The notes beneath the pieces are model-generated. The model saw only the letters and a program-made list of their open reading frames with translations, was not told the DNA's origin and searched no databases. From a virus: DNA of 64,000 bases. The position numbers were made by a program, and so were the translations under genes. This document shows, piece by piece, positions 27,888-37,516 of the stretch. The stretch lies in the IMG/VR virus record IMGVR_UViG_3300046057_000051, one strand, 5' to 3'. The first letter of the stretch is position 1, and each line of letters starts with the position of its first letter.

Positions 27888-28214
27888 ATGAACGCCAACC
27901 CCACCATCGAACTGGCGGAACCGATAGGGCAACTCGCCGGCGACGACGTGGCCGAGGTCCGCGAGAAGTTCGCGGACGTGGCGGCCGCAATGGCCGAGCG
28001 CCACCCGCCGACGAACCGCAGATTGCTCATCGCCACCGCCGATTACTGGAGCGACGCGGCCGGTCCGAACGACCCAATCGTCCAATCCATCCTGTCCTGG
28101 GTGGTGTACCTCTCGCACGACGACATGAGTCAGTTCGACGCCGGCATGACCGTAGACCAACATCAGGCGTTGCGGAAGCGCCTCGGCGAACTCGGTCTCC
28201 GCGACGACGACTGA
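27888..28214 (+). CDS. Array ORF 3, hypothetical
   Basis: ATG 8 nt after GTGA; acidic helical. Confidence 0.8.
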   Translation: MNANPTIELAEPIGQLAGDDVAEVREKFADVAAAMAERHPPTNRRLLIATADYWSDAAGPNDPIVQSILSWVVYLSHDDMSQFDAGMTVDQHQALRKRLGELGLRDDD

Positions 28215-28293
28215 CCGCGCGGGCACGGCGCCCGCGCCTGCCCCGAAAGGGGCGCGACGCCCGCTCCGGCCCCGAGAGGGGCGTGAGACCGCT

Positions 28294-28554
28294 ATGCGCG
28301 ACATACCCTGCGCCAAGTGTGGCGAACCGTACTCCCTGTACGCGCTCCGGCACGACGTGGCCGAGTGGGACGACCAGCCGGACGACGCGGCGGAGAAGTT
28401 CCAGTCGGGCGACGGCTGCCCCACCTGCGAGTGGGGCGACAAAGCCGGCGACGTGTCGGTGTCGCGGTTCAAGGGGGAAACGGAACTGGAGGCCGAACAC
28501 ATGAAGGGCGTCATGCGGGAGTCCGACGAGGACCCGCTGAAGTACCTGCCCTGA
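28294..28554 (+). CDS. Array ORF 4, Zn-finger protein
   Basis: CAKCGEP...CPTCEWG. Confidence 0.8.
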   Translation: MRDIPCAKCGEPYSLYALRHDVAEWDDQPDDAAEKFQSGDGCPTCEWGDKAGDVSVSRFKGETELEAEHMKGVMRESDEDPLKYLP

Positions 28555-28624
28555 CCGGCGCCGGCGCGACCGCCGGACACCGGCGTTAAGCCGGTTCAGC
28601 CCCGAGAGGGGAGTGACCACCGCT

Positions 28625-29167
28625 ATGAGCGACCAACTCGACACGGACCTCGGCGTCCGCTACACGGAGCGGCCCAAACACCTACCCACCGACCACTCGG
28701 AGTTCGACCCGCCGACCGCGTGGGTGAACTATTGGGACATGAACCCCGTCGCACACGGCGGGAAGTACGTCACCTGGACGGGGCGGGCGTGGCGGGTCGT
28801 AGAGGTGGGTCCGCCGTCCATGTGGGATGAGCCGGAACACATAGTCACGCGGTACAGGTTCCGCCCGGCGGACGTATGGGTTGACCCGAGCGACCCGTGG
28901 ACGGACTTCGCGGACGACATGAAGCGGATACTCCGGTCCCTCGGCGACGAGCATCACCTGCCCGTCGCCCCGCCGTTCCTCGGCAGCGTGACGTACTACG
29001 TGGCCGACCTCACGCACTACCGTAGCGTCCGACACGAAACGTTTGAGATAGACGACGGCGACGTGGACGCCTACTGGTCGCACGTCTCCGGCTACGACGT
29101 TGACCCGTCCGAGGTCCAGAACGTGTCCGAGCGCGACCTGCCGGACGACGCAATCAGCGACGACTGA
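28625..29167 (+). CDS. Array ORF 5, paralog of ORF 6
   Basis: Shares DPSDPWTDFADDMKR.LRS.GDEHHLPV with the next ORF. Confidence 0.85.
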   Translation: MSDQLDTDLGVRYTERPKHLPTDHSEFDPPTAWVNYWDMNPVAHGGKYVTWTGRAWRVVEVGPPSMWDEPEHIVTRYRFRPADVWVDPSDPWTDFADDMKRILRSLGDEHHLPVAPPFLGSVTYYVADLTHYRSVRHETFEIDDGDVDAYWSHVSGYDVDPSEVQNVSERDLPDDAISDD

Positions 29168-29212
29168 CCGCCGTAAGCGGTCCGTCGGCCCCGAGAGGGG
29201 CGTGACCGACCG

Positions 29213-29758
29213 ATGCACGACCAACTCGACACCGACCTATCGGCCCGGTACGAGGAACGGCCCCGGTACGCACCCACCGACCACCCGGCGTTCGACCCGC
29301 CGAGCGCGTGGGTGAACGTCTGGTCCATGTATTGTATCGAGAACGGTGGCACGTTCATCACGTGGGACGACGCCGGCTGGGATGTCGTGGAGGTGACGCC
29401 CCCGGACGCGCACGTGGAGCGTGAACACACCGTCGAACGGTACAGGTTGCGCCCATCGGACGTGTGGGCGGACCCGAGCGACCCGTGGACGGACTTCGCG
29501 GACGACATGAAGCGGGTACTCCGGTCCCGGGGCGACGAGCATCACCTACCCGTCTCCCCGCCGTTCCTCGGCCGTGTGACGTTGCATTACATCAGCGGCC
29601 TCACCGACCACCGGACCGTCCAGCGCAAGACGTTCGAGGTAGACGAGGGCGACATAGACGGTTACTGGTCGCACGTCTCCAGCTACGGCGTGGACTCGTC
29701 CGACGTGCAGGGCGTGGCCGCCGACGCACTACCGGACGACGCCATCACCCGCGACTGA
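29213..29758 (+). CDS. Array ORF 6, paralog of ORF 5
   Basis: Full-length similarity to ORF 5. Confidence 0.85.
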   Translation: MHDQLDTDLSARYEERPRYAPTDHPAFDPPSAWVNVWSMYCIENGGTFITWDDAGWDVVEVTPPDAHVEREHTVERYRLRPSDVWADPSDPWTDFADDMKRVLRSRGDEHHLPVSPPFLGRVTLHYISGLTDHRTVQRKTFEVDEGDIDGYWSHVSSYGVDSSDVQGVAADALPDDAITRD

Positions 29759-29802
29759 CCGCCGTAAGCGGTCGCCGCCCCGAGAGGGGCGTGACCACCG
29801 CT

Positions 29803-30096
29803 ATGGCGCGAGACACACGCGGTTACGACGACGCCGTGGACGAATCCGAAAGCACCCTGCGCGACCCCGAGGACTTCAGCCCCCTCGACGTGCGGTGTAT
29901 CGAGCGGGAGGCGCGGATGAGCGGCCGCCGGACCTACACCTACCTCGTGGTGAACCACGACGCGGGCGAGGTACTCCACGAGGGGAGCCCGGTCCGCCAG
30001 ACCGACGTGGCTCCCTCGGTCATGTCGGAGGCCGCCAAGGCGGAAGGAATCGCCGTCGGGTGGCTCCTCGCCCACCCCGACCACGAGTGGCTATAG
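29803..30096 (+). CDS. Array ORF 7, hypothetical
   Basis: ATG 8 nt after GTGA. Confidence 0.75.
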   Translation: MARDTRGYDDAVDESESTLRDPEDFSPLDVRCIEREARMSGRRTYTYLVVNHDAGEVLHEGSPVRQTDVAPSVMSEAAKAEGIAVGWLLAHPDHEWL

Positions 30097-30180
30097 AGCC
30101 ACCCACCCCGCCGGCGCCGCGCCGACGCCGCCCCGGGAGGGGACCCGCCCTTTGGCCCCGAGAGGGGCGTGACCCCGACG

Positions 30181-30399
30181 ATGAATAGCGAACGACGACG
30201 CGGCACGAGACGGCAGAAGCGGCCGCCCGGCCCGCCCGTGCCGCCGGAGTGTCCCGTCTGCGGGGAGTGCCCCCCGGAGACCGAGACCCACGCGACACGC
30301 CGGGACCCGTGCGGATGGGTAGAGGGCGAAATCAACTGCGCCGACTGCGGGCATACGTTGAAGCGGAACGTGTTGCTCCGCGACCCGGACCGCGTGTAG
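30181..30399 (+). CDS. Array ORF 8, CPxCG Zn-finger protein
   Basis: CPVCG...CADCG. Confidence 0.8.
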   Translation: MNSERRRGTRRQKRPPGPPVPPECPVCGECPPETETHATRRDPCGWVEGEINCADCGHTLKRNVLLRDPDRV

Positions 30400-30438
30400 C
30401 GGTCCCTCGGCGTTCTGCCCCGAGAGGGGCGTGACAGC

Positions 30439-30735
30439 ATGACCGAGGACGACGAACGAGCATACCGGGTCACGGTCGCTATTGACGACGGCGAACTCGC
30501 ACGCGGGAACCCCCGTAAGACGAGCGTCGAGGCGGCCAAAACCTACGTTCGGGAACGGATTGACCGGCGGGTCGATATAGTGGACGCCACTCACGACCAC
30601 CGTCCGTCGTTTACCTACGGCGACACGGTGTGGGTCGTCGGCGTGGAGTTATTCTCCCCCGACGACTCCCCGCTCGACGTGACTCCCGACGAACTCATCG
30701 AGGACGTGGAAGAAATCGCAATGCGGCGGTCGTAA
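30439..30735 (+). CDS. Array ORF 9, hypothetical
   Basis: ATG 4 nt after GTGA. Confidence 0.8.
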   Translation: MTEDDERAYRVTVAIDDGELARGNPRKTSVEAAKTYVRERIDRRVDIVDATHDHRPSFTYGDTVWVVGVELFSPDDSPLDVTPDELIEDVEEIAMRRS

Positions 30736-30780
30736 CAACCACGTCCGCCGCGTTCGGCCCCGAGAGGGGCGTGACCACCG

Positions 30781-31017
30781 ATGGACGCAGCCGACCTCGC
30801 CGACGCAATCGGCAACAGCGTGAACTCCGGCATCGACGTGGACGAGTTCAAAGACGGCATCGACAGCGAACACAACACGCTCCAGCGCGAAGCGTACCGG
30901 CAGGTGTTCAAACCGGGCATGAAGGCGCTGGCCGGCACCGAGTACGTGGACTTTCGCAACGAGCGCGAAGTGGAACTCGCCCGCGAGGTATGCGACAAGA
31001 TGGGCTGGACCTACTAA
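30781..31017 (+). CDS. Array ORF 10, hypothetical
   Basis: ATG 6 nt after GTGA. Confidence 0.8.
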   Translation: MDAADLADAIGNSVNSGIDVDEFKDGIDSEHNTLQREAYRQVFKPGMKALAGTEYVDFRNEREVELAREVCDKMGWTY

Positions 31018-31061
31018 CCCACCCATCCGGCGTTCGGCCCCGAGAGGGGCGAGACTCCGGT

Positions 31062-31538
31062 ATGACGGACCCCTACCCCGAAGCCCGACGACGGGCACGA
31101 CTCGACCGAACCGACCACCAGCGAGCGCGACGGGACCGACGCCGCCAACGGCGCGGTCCCTCGACCAGCCGCATCGAGGCGGCGCTGGAGACGGTCGCAG
31201 ACCACGACATCCCGGGCACGCCGGGGGCCGGCGACCTCCGCGTCCTGAAACACGTCCACGACAGCGAGTGGACGGTCGAGACGCGCGAGGTACGGGACTT
31301 CTCAATCACTCGCGGCGACCCACAGCACGGGGCGCTCCGTAGCGACGACCACGTGGGCCGCTACGAGGTGGCGTTCCCGCTGTTCGAGGCCGACCTCCCG
31401 GGCGTCCCCGAGGCGTGTCCCGAGTGCGGCGGCGAGCGCGGCGTCTACACGTACCGCGCCCACCACCACATAGCGGGCAGTGAGCGCATTGACTGCCTTC
31501 GCTGCGAGCAGCAGCTACACAGCGAGGAGTGGGGCTAA
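31062..31538 (+). CDS. Array ORF 11, protein with a C-terminal Zn finger
   Basis: CPECGG...CLRCE; motif variant ends in GAGA. Confidence 0.8.
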   Translation: MTDPYPEARRRARLDRTDHQRARRDRRRQRRGPSTSRIEAALETVADHDIPGTPGAGDLRVLKHVHDSEWTVETREVRDFSITRGDPQHGALRSDDHVGRYEVAFPLFEADLPGVPEACPECGGERGVYTYRAHHHIAGSERIDCLRCEQQLHSEEWG

Positions 31539-31583
31539 CGCCCCGACCCGCCTCGTTCGGCCCCGAGAGGGGCGTGACCACCG

Positions 31584-31793
31584 ATGAACCCGGACAACCC
31601 GAACGCCTCGACGGACATACTGAGAGTCCCCGACGACCCGGAAGCGATGCTGTTCGTCCCGACCGAGATGGACGCCGAACGTGTCGGGCGGCTCCTGGAC
31701 GAACAGATAACGGCCGACGAGTTCGGGACCGGGGACGACGACGTGTCCCTGTGGTCCGAACTGAAGGCCCAACTCAACAAACAACAGGGCTGA
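31584..31793 (+). CDS. Array ORF 12, hypothetical
   Basis: ATG 6 nt after GTGA. Confidence 0.8.
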   Translation: MNPDNPNASTDILRVPDDPEAMLFVPTEMDAERVGRLLDEQITADEFGTGDDDVSLWSELKAQLNKQQG

Positions 31794-31836
31794 CCGACAG
31801 CCCCACACCGTCGCCCCGAGAGGGGCGTGACCACCG

Positions 31837-32238
31837 ATGAACCCCGACTCCTATTCAGACGCCGAACGGCTACTCGTCGCCGGCGCGTCGCCCGAGTTCG
31901 TCACCGTCATGCTGGCGGACCCGTCCGAGTACCCGGGCGTGGACCGACACAGCATCAGGGACCTCGTCCGCAAGCACGACGACCCCGAACGGGTCGCCGA
32001 CCGCGGCGGCGACTTCGCCGGCAACCTGTGGGACGGCACCGTTGCCGAGGCGTTCTTCCACGCCGACGGGAACAACATCAGGCTCCTGCTGGACACCTTC
32101 GGCCCGGCCTACCTGTGGGCCGCCGGCGTGAGCATCGGCGCGGGGCCAGTCCACTTCCGGCGGATACTGTACGAGAAGACCGAGCGGTACCGCCCGGACA
32201 TGCTTGACGAAATCGGCCCGAAGCCGTCCCACGAATAG
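31837..32238 (+). CDS. Array ORF 13, hypothetical
   Basis: ATG 6 nt after GTGA. Confidence 0.8.
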   Translation: MNPDSYSDAERLLVAGASPEFVTVMLADPSEYPGVDRHSIRDLVRKHDDPERVADRGGDFAGNLWDGTVAEAFFHADGNNIRLLLDTFGPAYLWAAGVSIGAGPVHFRRILYEKTERYRPDMLDEIGPKPSHE

Positions 32239-32283
32239 CCCACAACCCACCCGGTATTTGCCCCGAGAGGGGCGTGACGCCCG

Positions 32284-32670
32284 ATGGCAAGGTACGACGG
32301 AACCGACCTACGCGACGGCATCGACAACGAGGAAGCCCTGGGGATGCCGGACGAGCGACTCCCCCCGGGCTGGACGCGGTTCGACCCCGCCGAGGGTGAG
32401 GCCCACGGCGAGGAGGCGTACATGTTCGCCAACGGCCACCAAGTCCTGCTCGGGGAAACCAGCGACGACAACTGGTTCGTCCTGGCGTACCCCGAACACG
32501 GCATGACGGACCTGATGGGCTACGTCCGCCCGCTGGCGGAAGACTCCCCCGAGGCGGCCGCGCCGCCCGCCGGCGACCGGACCCGTGCGCGGGACTTCGC
32601 CCACGGCTACATGGCCGCTGTCGTCTCCTACGAGGCCGACACCCTCGACTACCCGTTGCACGGCCAGTGA
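32284..32670 (+). CDS. Array ORF 14, hypothetical
   Basis: ATG 6 nt after GTGA. Confidence 0.8.
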   Translation: MARYDGTDLRDGIDNEEALGMPDERLPPGWTRFDPAEGEAHGEEAYMFANGHQVLLGETSDDNWFVLAYPEHGMTDLMGYVRPLAEDSPEAAAPPAGDRTRARDFAHGYMAAVVSYEADTLDYPLHGQ

Positions 32671-32724
32671 CCACCGGGGCGGGCTCCCGCCCGCCTCCGG
32701 CCCCGAGAGGGGCATGATACCGTT

Positions 32725-33138
32725 ATGGAGGAGATACCACAACTCCGAGAAGCCGTCGAGCGCGTCGAGGACAGCGACGAGGCGCTCCGCGAGTGGCTCC
32801 GCGACCGACCGGAAGCCGAGATGCTCACCGGCGTCACGAAACCCCGCTCGTATGGCGGGGCCGGCGTCGGGAACATTACGGTGAAGGTCGCCAAACCCGG
32901 CCGGCCGTGCTACTACACCGTCCGTCGTAGCGGGACGCTGTTCGTGTCGAAAACCCACCCGAACAGCCGGGGCAACGGCGTCCCGGCGCCGGAGGCCAAC
33001 GACGACCTGCTCCGGCGCGCCGTCGAATACTACCCCCGGTTCGTCGTCAGGCTCATCGACGAGGTGAACGCGGCGGCGACCGAGTTCGAGGCGGCACTCC
33101 CCGACGAGGCCGTCCCCGAAATGATGCTAACCGAGTAA
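32725..33138 (+). CDS. Array ORF 15, hypothetical
   Basis: ATG 7 nt after the ATGA variant. Confidence 0.8.
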   Translation: MEEIPQLREAVERVEDSDEALREWLRDRPEAEMLTGVTKPRSYGGAGVGNITVKVAKPGRPCYYTVRRSGTLFVSKTHPNSRGNGVPAPEANDDLLRRAVEYYPRFVVRLIDEVNAAATEFEAALPDEAVPEMMLTE

Positions 33139-33199
33139 CACACCACCCTGCCCCCGCCGGCGGGCGGGGCGGGCTCGCCCCGAGAGGGGCGTGACTGCC

Positions 33200-34144
33200 A
33201 TGACAGGCAACCAGACCACAGACGGCAGTACCGACGAACTCCAGCGACTCGTCCGGGCGTTCGCCGACGCCGCGTTCAACGACCCACCCGAGAAACCCAT
33301 CCCGATGGCGACGGACGACGCCGTGGACGTGGTCCGGTCCCAGTTGACCGAGAACACGGGCAGGCACCTCCTGGATTCCGGCAGTGCCTACGGTCGGCAC
33401 TGGGAGGAAAACCAGGAGAACCCCCCGTGGGAGCGCCCCGAGTGGGACGTGGGCAACGGCTACGTCACCCACAACGTGTCCGACTGGATGGAGCGGGCCT
33501 TCGGCCGCGACCGGACGGCGGTCGCGCTGGAAGCCGCGCTGTACGCCTTCGGTCACACCGACGCCCAGAAGCGCAACGGGTGGCTCTCGTCCTGCGAGGC
33601 GTTCCGCGACCTGTTGTTCGACAACACGCTCGACGTGGTTGACCTCCGCGAGTGGGGCGTCCCCGACGAGTTCACCAGGGACGTTCTCTCGGTCCAGAAC
33701 GACATCCACGGGGCCGACCACGGGTTCACGTTCAACACCTACAACGGGGAGTGTCACTCGCTCTCGCAGGTGCTTCAGGGCGTCGTCCTCGGCGGTCCAT
33801 ACGCCGGGTATGGGTTCGTCCAAGTCCATCAGGGCGCGGACGTTCGCGGCGGCTACACCGGCCCGCGGGCGTACACCAGCGCGATGGGCGGCTGGCTCCC
33901 CCACGAGTTAGAGTTCCGGTGTGACCGCTGCGAGTGGGTCGATTACGAGTCCTGTCTCTACGGGAGCGATGAACTGCTCTACCAGCGGAACATCGACCCG
34001 TTCGAGTTACAGGACGAAGGCCTCATCGACGAGGGCGACGACGCCCACCCGGCGCTGGACGCGGCCTACGACGCCGAACACATCGACGGCGCCGTGTTCC
34101 ACAGGTGCGACGACGGCGGCGTCGGGTACTGCGTGTTCCGCTAA
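33200..34144 (+). CDS. Array ORF 16, hypothetical (314 aa)
   Basis: DSGSAYGRHWE, FNTYNGE, VHQGADVRGGYT motifs suggest a conserved mobile-element family; function unknown. Confidence 0.85.
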   Translation: MTGNQTTDGSTDELQRLVRAFADAAFNDPPEKPIPMATDDAVDVVRSQLTENTGRHLLDSGSAYGRHWEENQENPPWERPEWDVGNGYVTHNVSDWMERAFGRDRTAVALEAALYAFGHTDAQKRNGWLSSCEAFRDLLFDNTLDVVDLREWGVPDEFTRDVLSVQNDIHGADHGFTFNTYNGECHSLSQVLQGVVLGGPYAGYGFVQVHQGADVRGGYTGPRAYTSAMGGWLPHELEFRCDRCEWVDYESCLYGSDELLYQRNIDPFELQDEGLIDEGDDAHPALDAAYDAEHIDGAVFHRCDDGGVGYCVFR

Positions 34145-34194
34145 CCACCGGCGGGCGACCGCCGGCCCCCGGCCCCGAGAGGGGCGTGATTCCC

Positions 34195-34491
34195 GTGCCA
34201 CACCCGACCGAACGACAGCGAGAATTGATGGAACAGGCGTTCCGCAACATGGATTACATCGACCGCGTCTCCGGCGAGTGGAAAGCCGGGGTGATGGGAC
34301 ACCAGACCGACGTGGTGCTTTCGGACGTGGACAAATCCGGCTTCTGGGTCCACGTCGATGACACGACGGAGAACTCCGCGTGGGGGTTCGTGTGTCTCCG
34401 CTCCGGGCGGTTCACCCCTGACATCGAGGTGGGCGACGACGAACTGCTCGCCATCGTCGAGGTGATGCGTTTTCCGCCCGCGGACCTGTAG
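34195..34491 (+). CDS. Array ORF 17, hypothetical (GTG start)
   Basis: GTG 5 nt after GTGA. Confidence 0.75.
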   Translation: MPHPTERQRELMEQAFRNMDYIDRVSGEWKAGVMGHQTDVVLSDVDKSGFWVHVDDTTENSAWGFVCLRSGRFTPDIEVGDDELLAIVEVMRFPPADL

Positions 34492-34534
34492 CCCCCGCCA
34501 CCCACACCAGTGCCCCGAGAGGGGCGTGACCGCG

Positions 34535-35296
34535 ATGACAGGGGAGAACCCTGACAGTGCCCTCGCGCGGATGGGGGCCAACGAACGCGGCGCACCGAGC
34601 GGCTACAATCTCGACGTATCCGGCACCGTCGGCCCGGACTATCTCGGCCAGGAGACGACGGACGTGGACGGCCACCCGTGTGACCGCCCCGGCGTCCGCT
34701 CCCGGCTCCCCGAGGACTCGGGCGGCGACGACCCCCGCATCGCCCGGATGGACACCGGCGAGGCCCTCCCGGTGCTGTTGGAGTCCACCATGCGGACCGG
34801 CCCCGTCGAGGGCACGCAGGGGTCGTACACCGAGATAGTCGAAGGCGAGTGCGCCCGTTGCGGCTACGACCGACTCAAGCAGACGGTCGCCACCCTCCCG
34901 GGTGAACGCCGACAGGTGTGTAACGCCTGCGGCGCCATTCAGAACCACGGGAAGAACGCTGGCTACCGGATGCCGCGCACGCAAGCGGAGCGCGCCGAGC
35001 GCAAACGCGAGGCCGGCCCGACCATCGGGTCCATCACGAACCGCGACGTGGTGGACCTCGAACCCGACACGGGCTACGGCCCGATGTTGTGTCTCGCCCG
35101 CGACACGGGGTTCACGTCACTGTTCAAAGACGACGTGAGCGACCTGTTCTGGATGCTGGTCGAGAACGACGACCTCGACCTCGCCGGCGAGATACAGGCG
35201 AACTGCAAATCCTACGAGGTCGCCACGCTCGCCGTCTGTCTCCTCCCCGACGAGTGGGGCGTCCGGCCGCCGGACGAGGCGGCCGGCGACGAGTAG
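34535..35296 (+). CDS. Array ORF 18, Zn-ribbon-containing protein
   Basis: CARCG...CNACG. Confidence 0.8.
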   Translation: MTGENPDSALARMGANERGAPSGYNLDVSGTVGPDYLGQETTDVDGHPCDRPGVRSRLPEDSGGDDPRIARMDTGEALPVLLESTMRTGPVEGTQGSYTEIVEGECARCGYDRLKQTVATLPGERRQVCNACGAIQNHGKNAGYRMPRTQAERAERKREAGPTIGSITNRDVVDLEPDTGYGPMLCLARDTGFTSLFKDDVSDLFWMLVENDDLDLAGEIQANCKSYEVATLAVCLLPDEWGVRPPDEAAGDE

Positions 35297-35349
35297 CGGG
35301 CGCACGCCCGCCGTCGCCCCGGTTCGGCCCCGAGAGGGGCGTGAGACCG

Positions 35350-35733
35350 ATGCCGCAGGAAACACGCTATCCAGACCCGGCGCAACTCCGCGAGTTCGCC
35401 AGCGAGCCGCAGGCGTTCCACCCGGTCCACGCGAGCGACCTCGACCTGCTGGACGACCACACGCTCCAGCATACCGTGGATTCCGTCAGGTACCGCTGGA
35501 CGCCCGAGTATGTCAACGTCGAAACCGGGCCGGACGAGTGGCACCGCGTCTCCGACCTCGGGTATACCGACATGACGCACGGTGAATCGTGGAGCGTCGC
35601 CGTGGATGTCGAGGTGGGGCCGGACTACGTGTGCGCGACCGGCGCGCCGAACCATCCCGAGCGGTACGTTTCACGGTACGAGGCGTACTGGCTGCTCGCG
35701 GACATCACCATCAGGCGCCCCGGGGACGAGTAG
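35350..35733 (+). CDS. Array ORF 19, hypothetical
   Basis: ATG 5 nt after GTGA. Confidence 0.8.
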   Translation: MPQETRYPDPAQLREFASEPQAFHPVHASDLDLLDDHTLQHTVDSVRYRWTPEYVNVETGPDEWHRVSDLGYTDMTHGESWSVAVDVEVGPDYVCATGAPNHPERYVSRYEAYWLLADITIRRPGDE

Positions 35734-35771
35734 CCCCGGGCCGCCGTCGGCCCCGAGAGGGGCGTGATTCG

Positions 35772-36137
35772 ATGGACCACGAGACGTTCATGGAGACGTT
35801 CCACGACATGGGGTTCCACGTCTACGAGTGGGAACCGCCGGGCGACGCCGAACGCGGCGTCGTGTCCGCGCGGAACGAGAACGGCGACGAGGTGTGGTGG
35901 TCAATCATCGACCCACCGGAGACGTGGGGCGTCCACGTCGCCCTCGACCGCGGGACGCTGGACGACGACACGTTCCGATGGAGCGAGCTATCAATCGGGG
36001 ACGACGAACTCGTCATCGAGGACGCGACCGGGACGCACAGTAAGCGCGTCGGCTACGGCGTCACCGGGTTCGACGGCACCGTCGCCATCGACCAGCACGG
36101 CGCCACCATCGAGGAGACGTACCGCCACGAGGGGTGA
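35772..36137 (+). CDS. Array ORF 20, hypothetical
   Basis: ATG 4 nt after GTGA. Confidence 0.8.
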   Translation: MDHETFMETFHDMGFHVYEWEPPGDAERGVVSARNENGDEVWWSIIDPPETWGVHVALDRGTLDDDTFRWSELSIGDDELVIEDATGTHSKRVGYGVTGFDGTVAIDQHGATIEETYRHEG

Positions 36138-36180
36138 ACGCCACCCCCGGACACCGGCCCCGAGAGGGGCGTGACGACCG

Positions 36181-36609
36181 ATGGATATGGCTACGAGCTT
36201 CGAGCAGCCCCCGCGCGACAAGGACCTGCTCTACAGCATCGAGCATTGGGACGAAATCAAAATCGGCAGCCGCGACGCCCGACACATCGACGCCGGGCGC
36301 GAGGCGTTCGTTCACCCCCGGACGGCGACGGCCGCGCGCATCATGCAGTTCGACGACGGGGCGCACAGCGTCCAGCCGACGATGGGCGATTACGACAACG
36401 GCGACTGCGTTCTCCAGCCCGACGACCCCGAAAAGATGGTGTCCGGCGGTTCGTCGGTGGCGATGCACGAGGTGGAGTCGCTCGACGCCGCGCGTGTCCT
36501 CGCCTACGTCTGGATGCGCGGCTGGGTTCAGCGGAACGGCAGTTTCTACGAGAAGCCCGGGTCGGTCGTTCCGGCGGACATCGCGGACTGGGCCGAACCC
36601 ATCAACTGA
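36181..36609 (+). CDS. Array ORF 21, hypothetical
   Basis: ATG 6 nt after GTGA. Confidence 0.8.
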   Translation: MDMATSFEQPPRDKDLLYSIEHWDEIKIGSRDARHIDAGREAFVHPRTATAARIMQFDDGAHSVQPTMGDYDNGDCVLQPDDPEKMVSGGSSVAMHEVESLDAARVLAYVWMRGWVQRNGSFYEKPGSVVPADIADWAEPIN

Positions 36610-36657
36610 CGACCGGGGCGGTCGCCCCGGTTCGGCCCCGAGAGGGGCGTGATTCCC

Positions 36658-37197
36658 GTGCCGCAACAGGAGCTACCCGACACGGAAGCGTGGGAGCGAC
36701 TCGTCTACCAGTGCCCGGAGTGTGGCGCACAGCGCCGCGAGTGGGTCGTGACATCCGACTCCCGGTTCACGGCCTGCGAGGCGTGCGGCGAGTCCCCGCA
36801 CCTCCTCGCGGTCGCCGCGGACCTCTCACGGACCGAGGCGCTGGCGGAACTCCTCGTCCGCGAGATGAACAGCGTCCCGGCCATCGCCCGGGCTGACCGC
36901 AAACGCGACATCATCCGGGTGTACGTCAAATACGTCGGCGTCCACCTGATGAATTTCACCGGGAACGTGGACATCGAGATACACGAGGTCGGTCCGCGCG
37001 GCGCCTACGAGGACATCACCGACGAGTGGCCGGACGACGCCGAGGCGTATTGTAACGGCTACGTCCGCGGGCTCCGCGACGACTGGAACGGCTACGGCTT
37101 CCCCACGCACACCACCGAGCGCGACGGAGCGCATCTCCGCGAGGATATGTCCGAGGACCTTCGACGCCTCGGGGAACTCGCCGACATCCTCGATTGA
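36658..37197 (+). CDS. Array ORF 22, protein with an N-terminal Zn ribbon (GTG start)
   Basis: CPECG...CEACG. Confidence 0.8.
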   Translation: MPQQELPDTEAWERLVYQCPECGAQRREWVVTSDSRFTACEACGESPHLLAVAADLSRTEALAELLVREMNSVPAIARADRKRDIIRVYVKYVGVHLMNFTGNVDIEIHEVGPRGAYEDITDEWPDDAEAYCNGYVRGLRDDWNGYGFPTHTTERDGAHLREDMSEDLRRLGELADILD

Positions 37198-37239
37198 CCG
37201 CCGTAAGCGGTCGTCGCCCCGAGAGGGGCGTGACGACCG

Positions 37240-37470
37240 ATGGTATCCGACACCCAGGCGTCGAACGCCCTCGATAGGGCGCTGAGAAACGTCCCGACGG
37301 CCTACGCTTACGCGAAGATTCACGGGGACGAGGTCGTGGTGTGGTACGACACCGAGCGCGACGACCCCGACCTGCTCGTCCAGTCCGTCGAGCAATACAC
37401 CTCGCTGTCCTACCAGGGCGAGAAGTCGTACCGTCACGACGACGCGGCCGGCCTCCGGTTCTCCCCGTAG
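37240..37470 (+). CDS. Array ORF 23, hypothetical
   Basis: ATG 6 nt after GTGA. Confidence 0.8.
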   Translation: MVSDTQASNALDRALRNVPTAYAYAKIHGDEVVVWYDTERDDPDLLVQSVEQYTSLSYQGEKSYRHDDAAGLRFSP

Positions 37471-37516
37471 CCGGCGGACACCCGGCCGGCGTCGCCCCGA
37501 GAGGGGCGTGACCACG

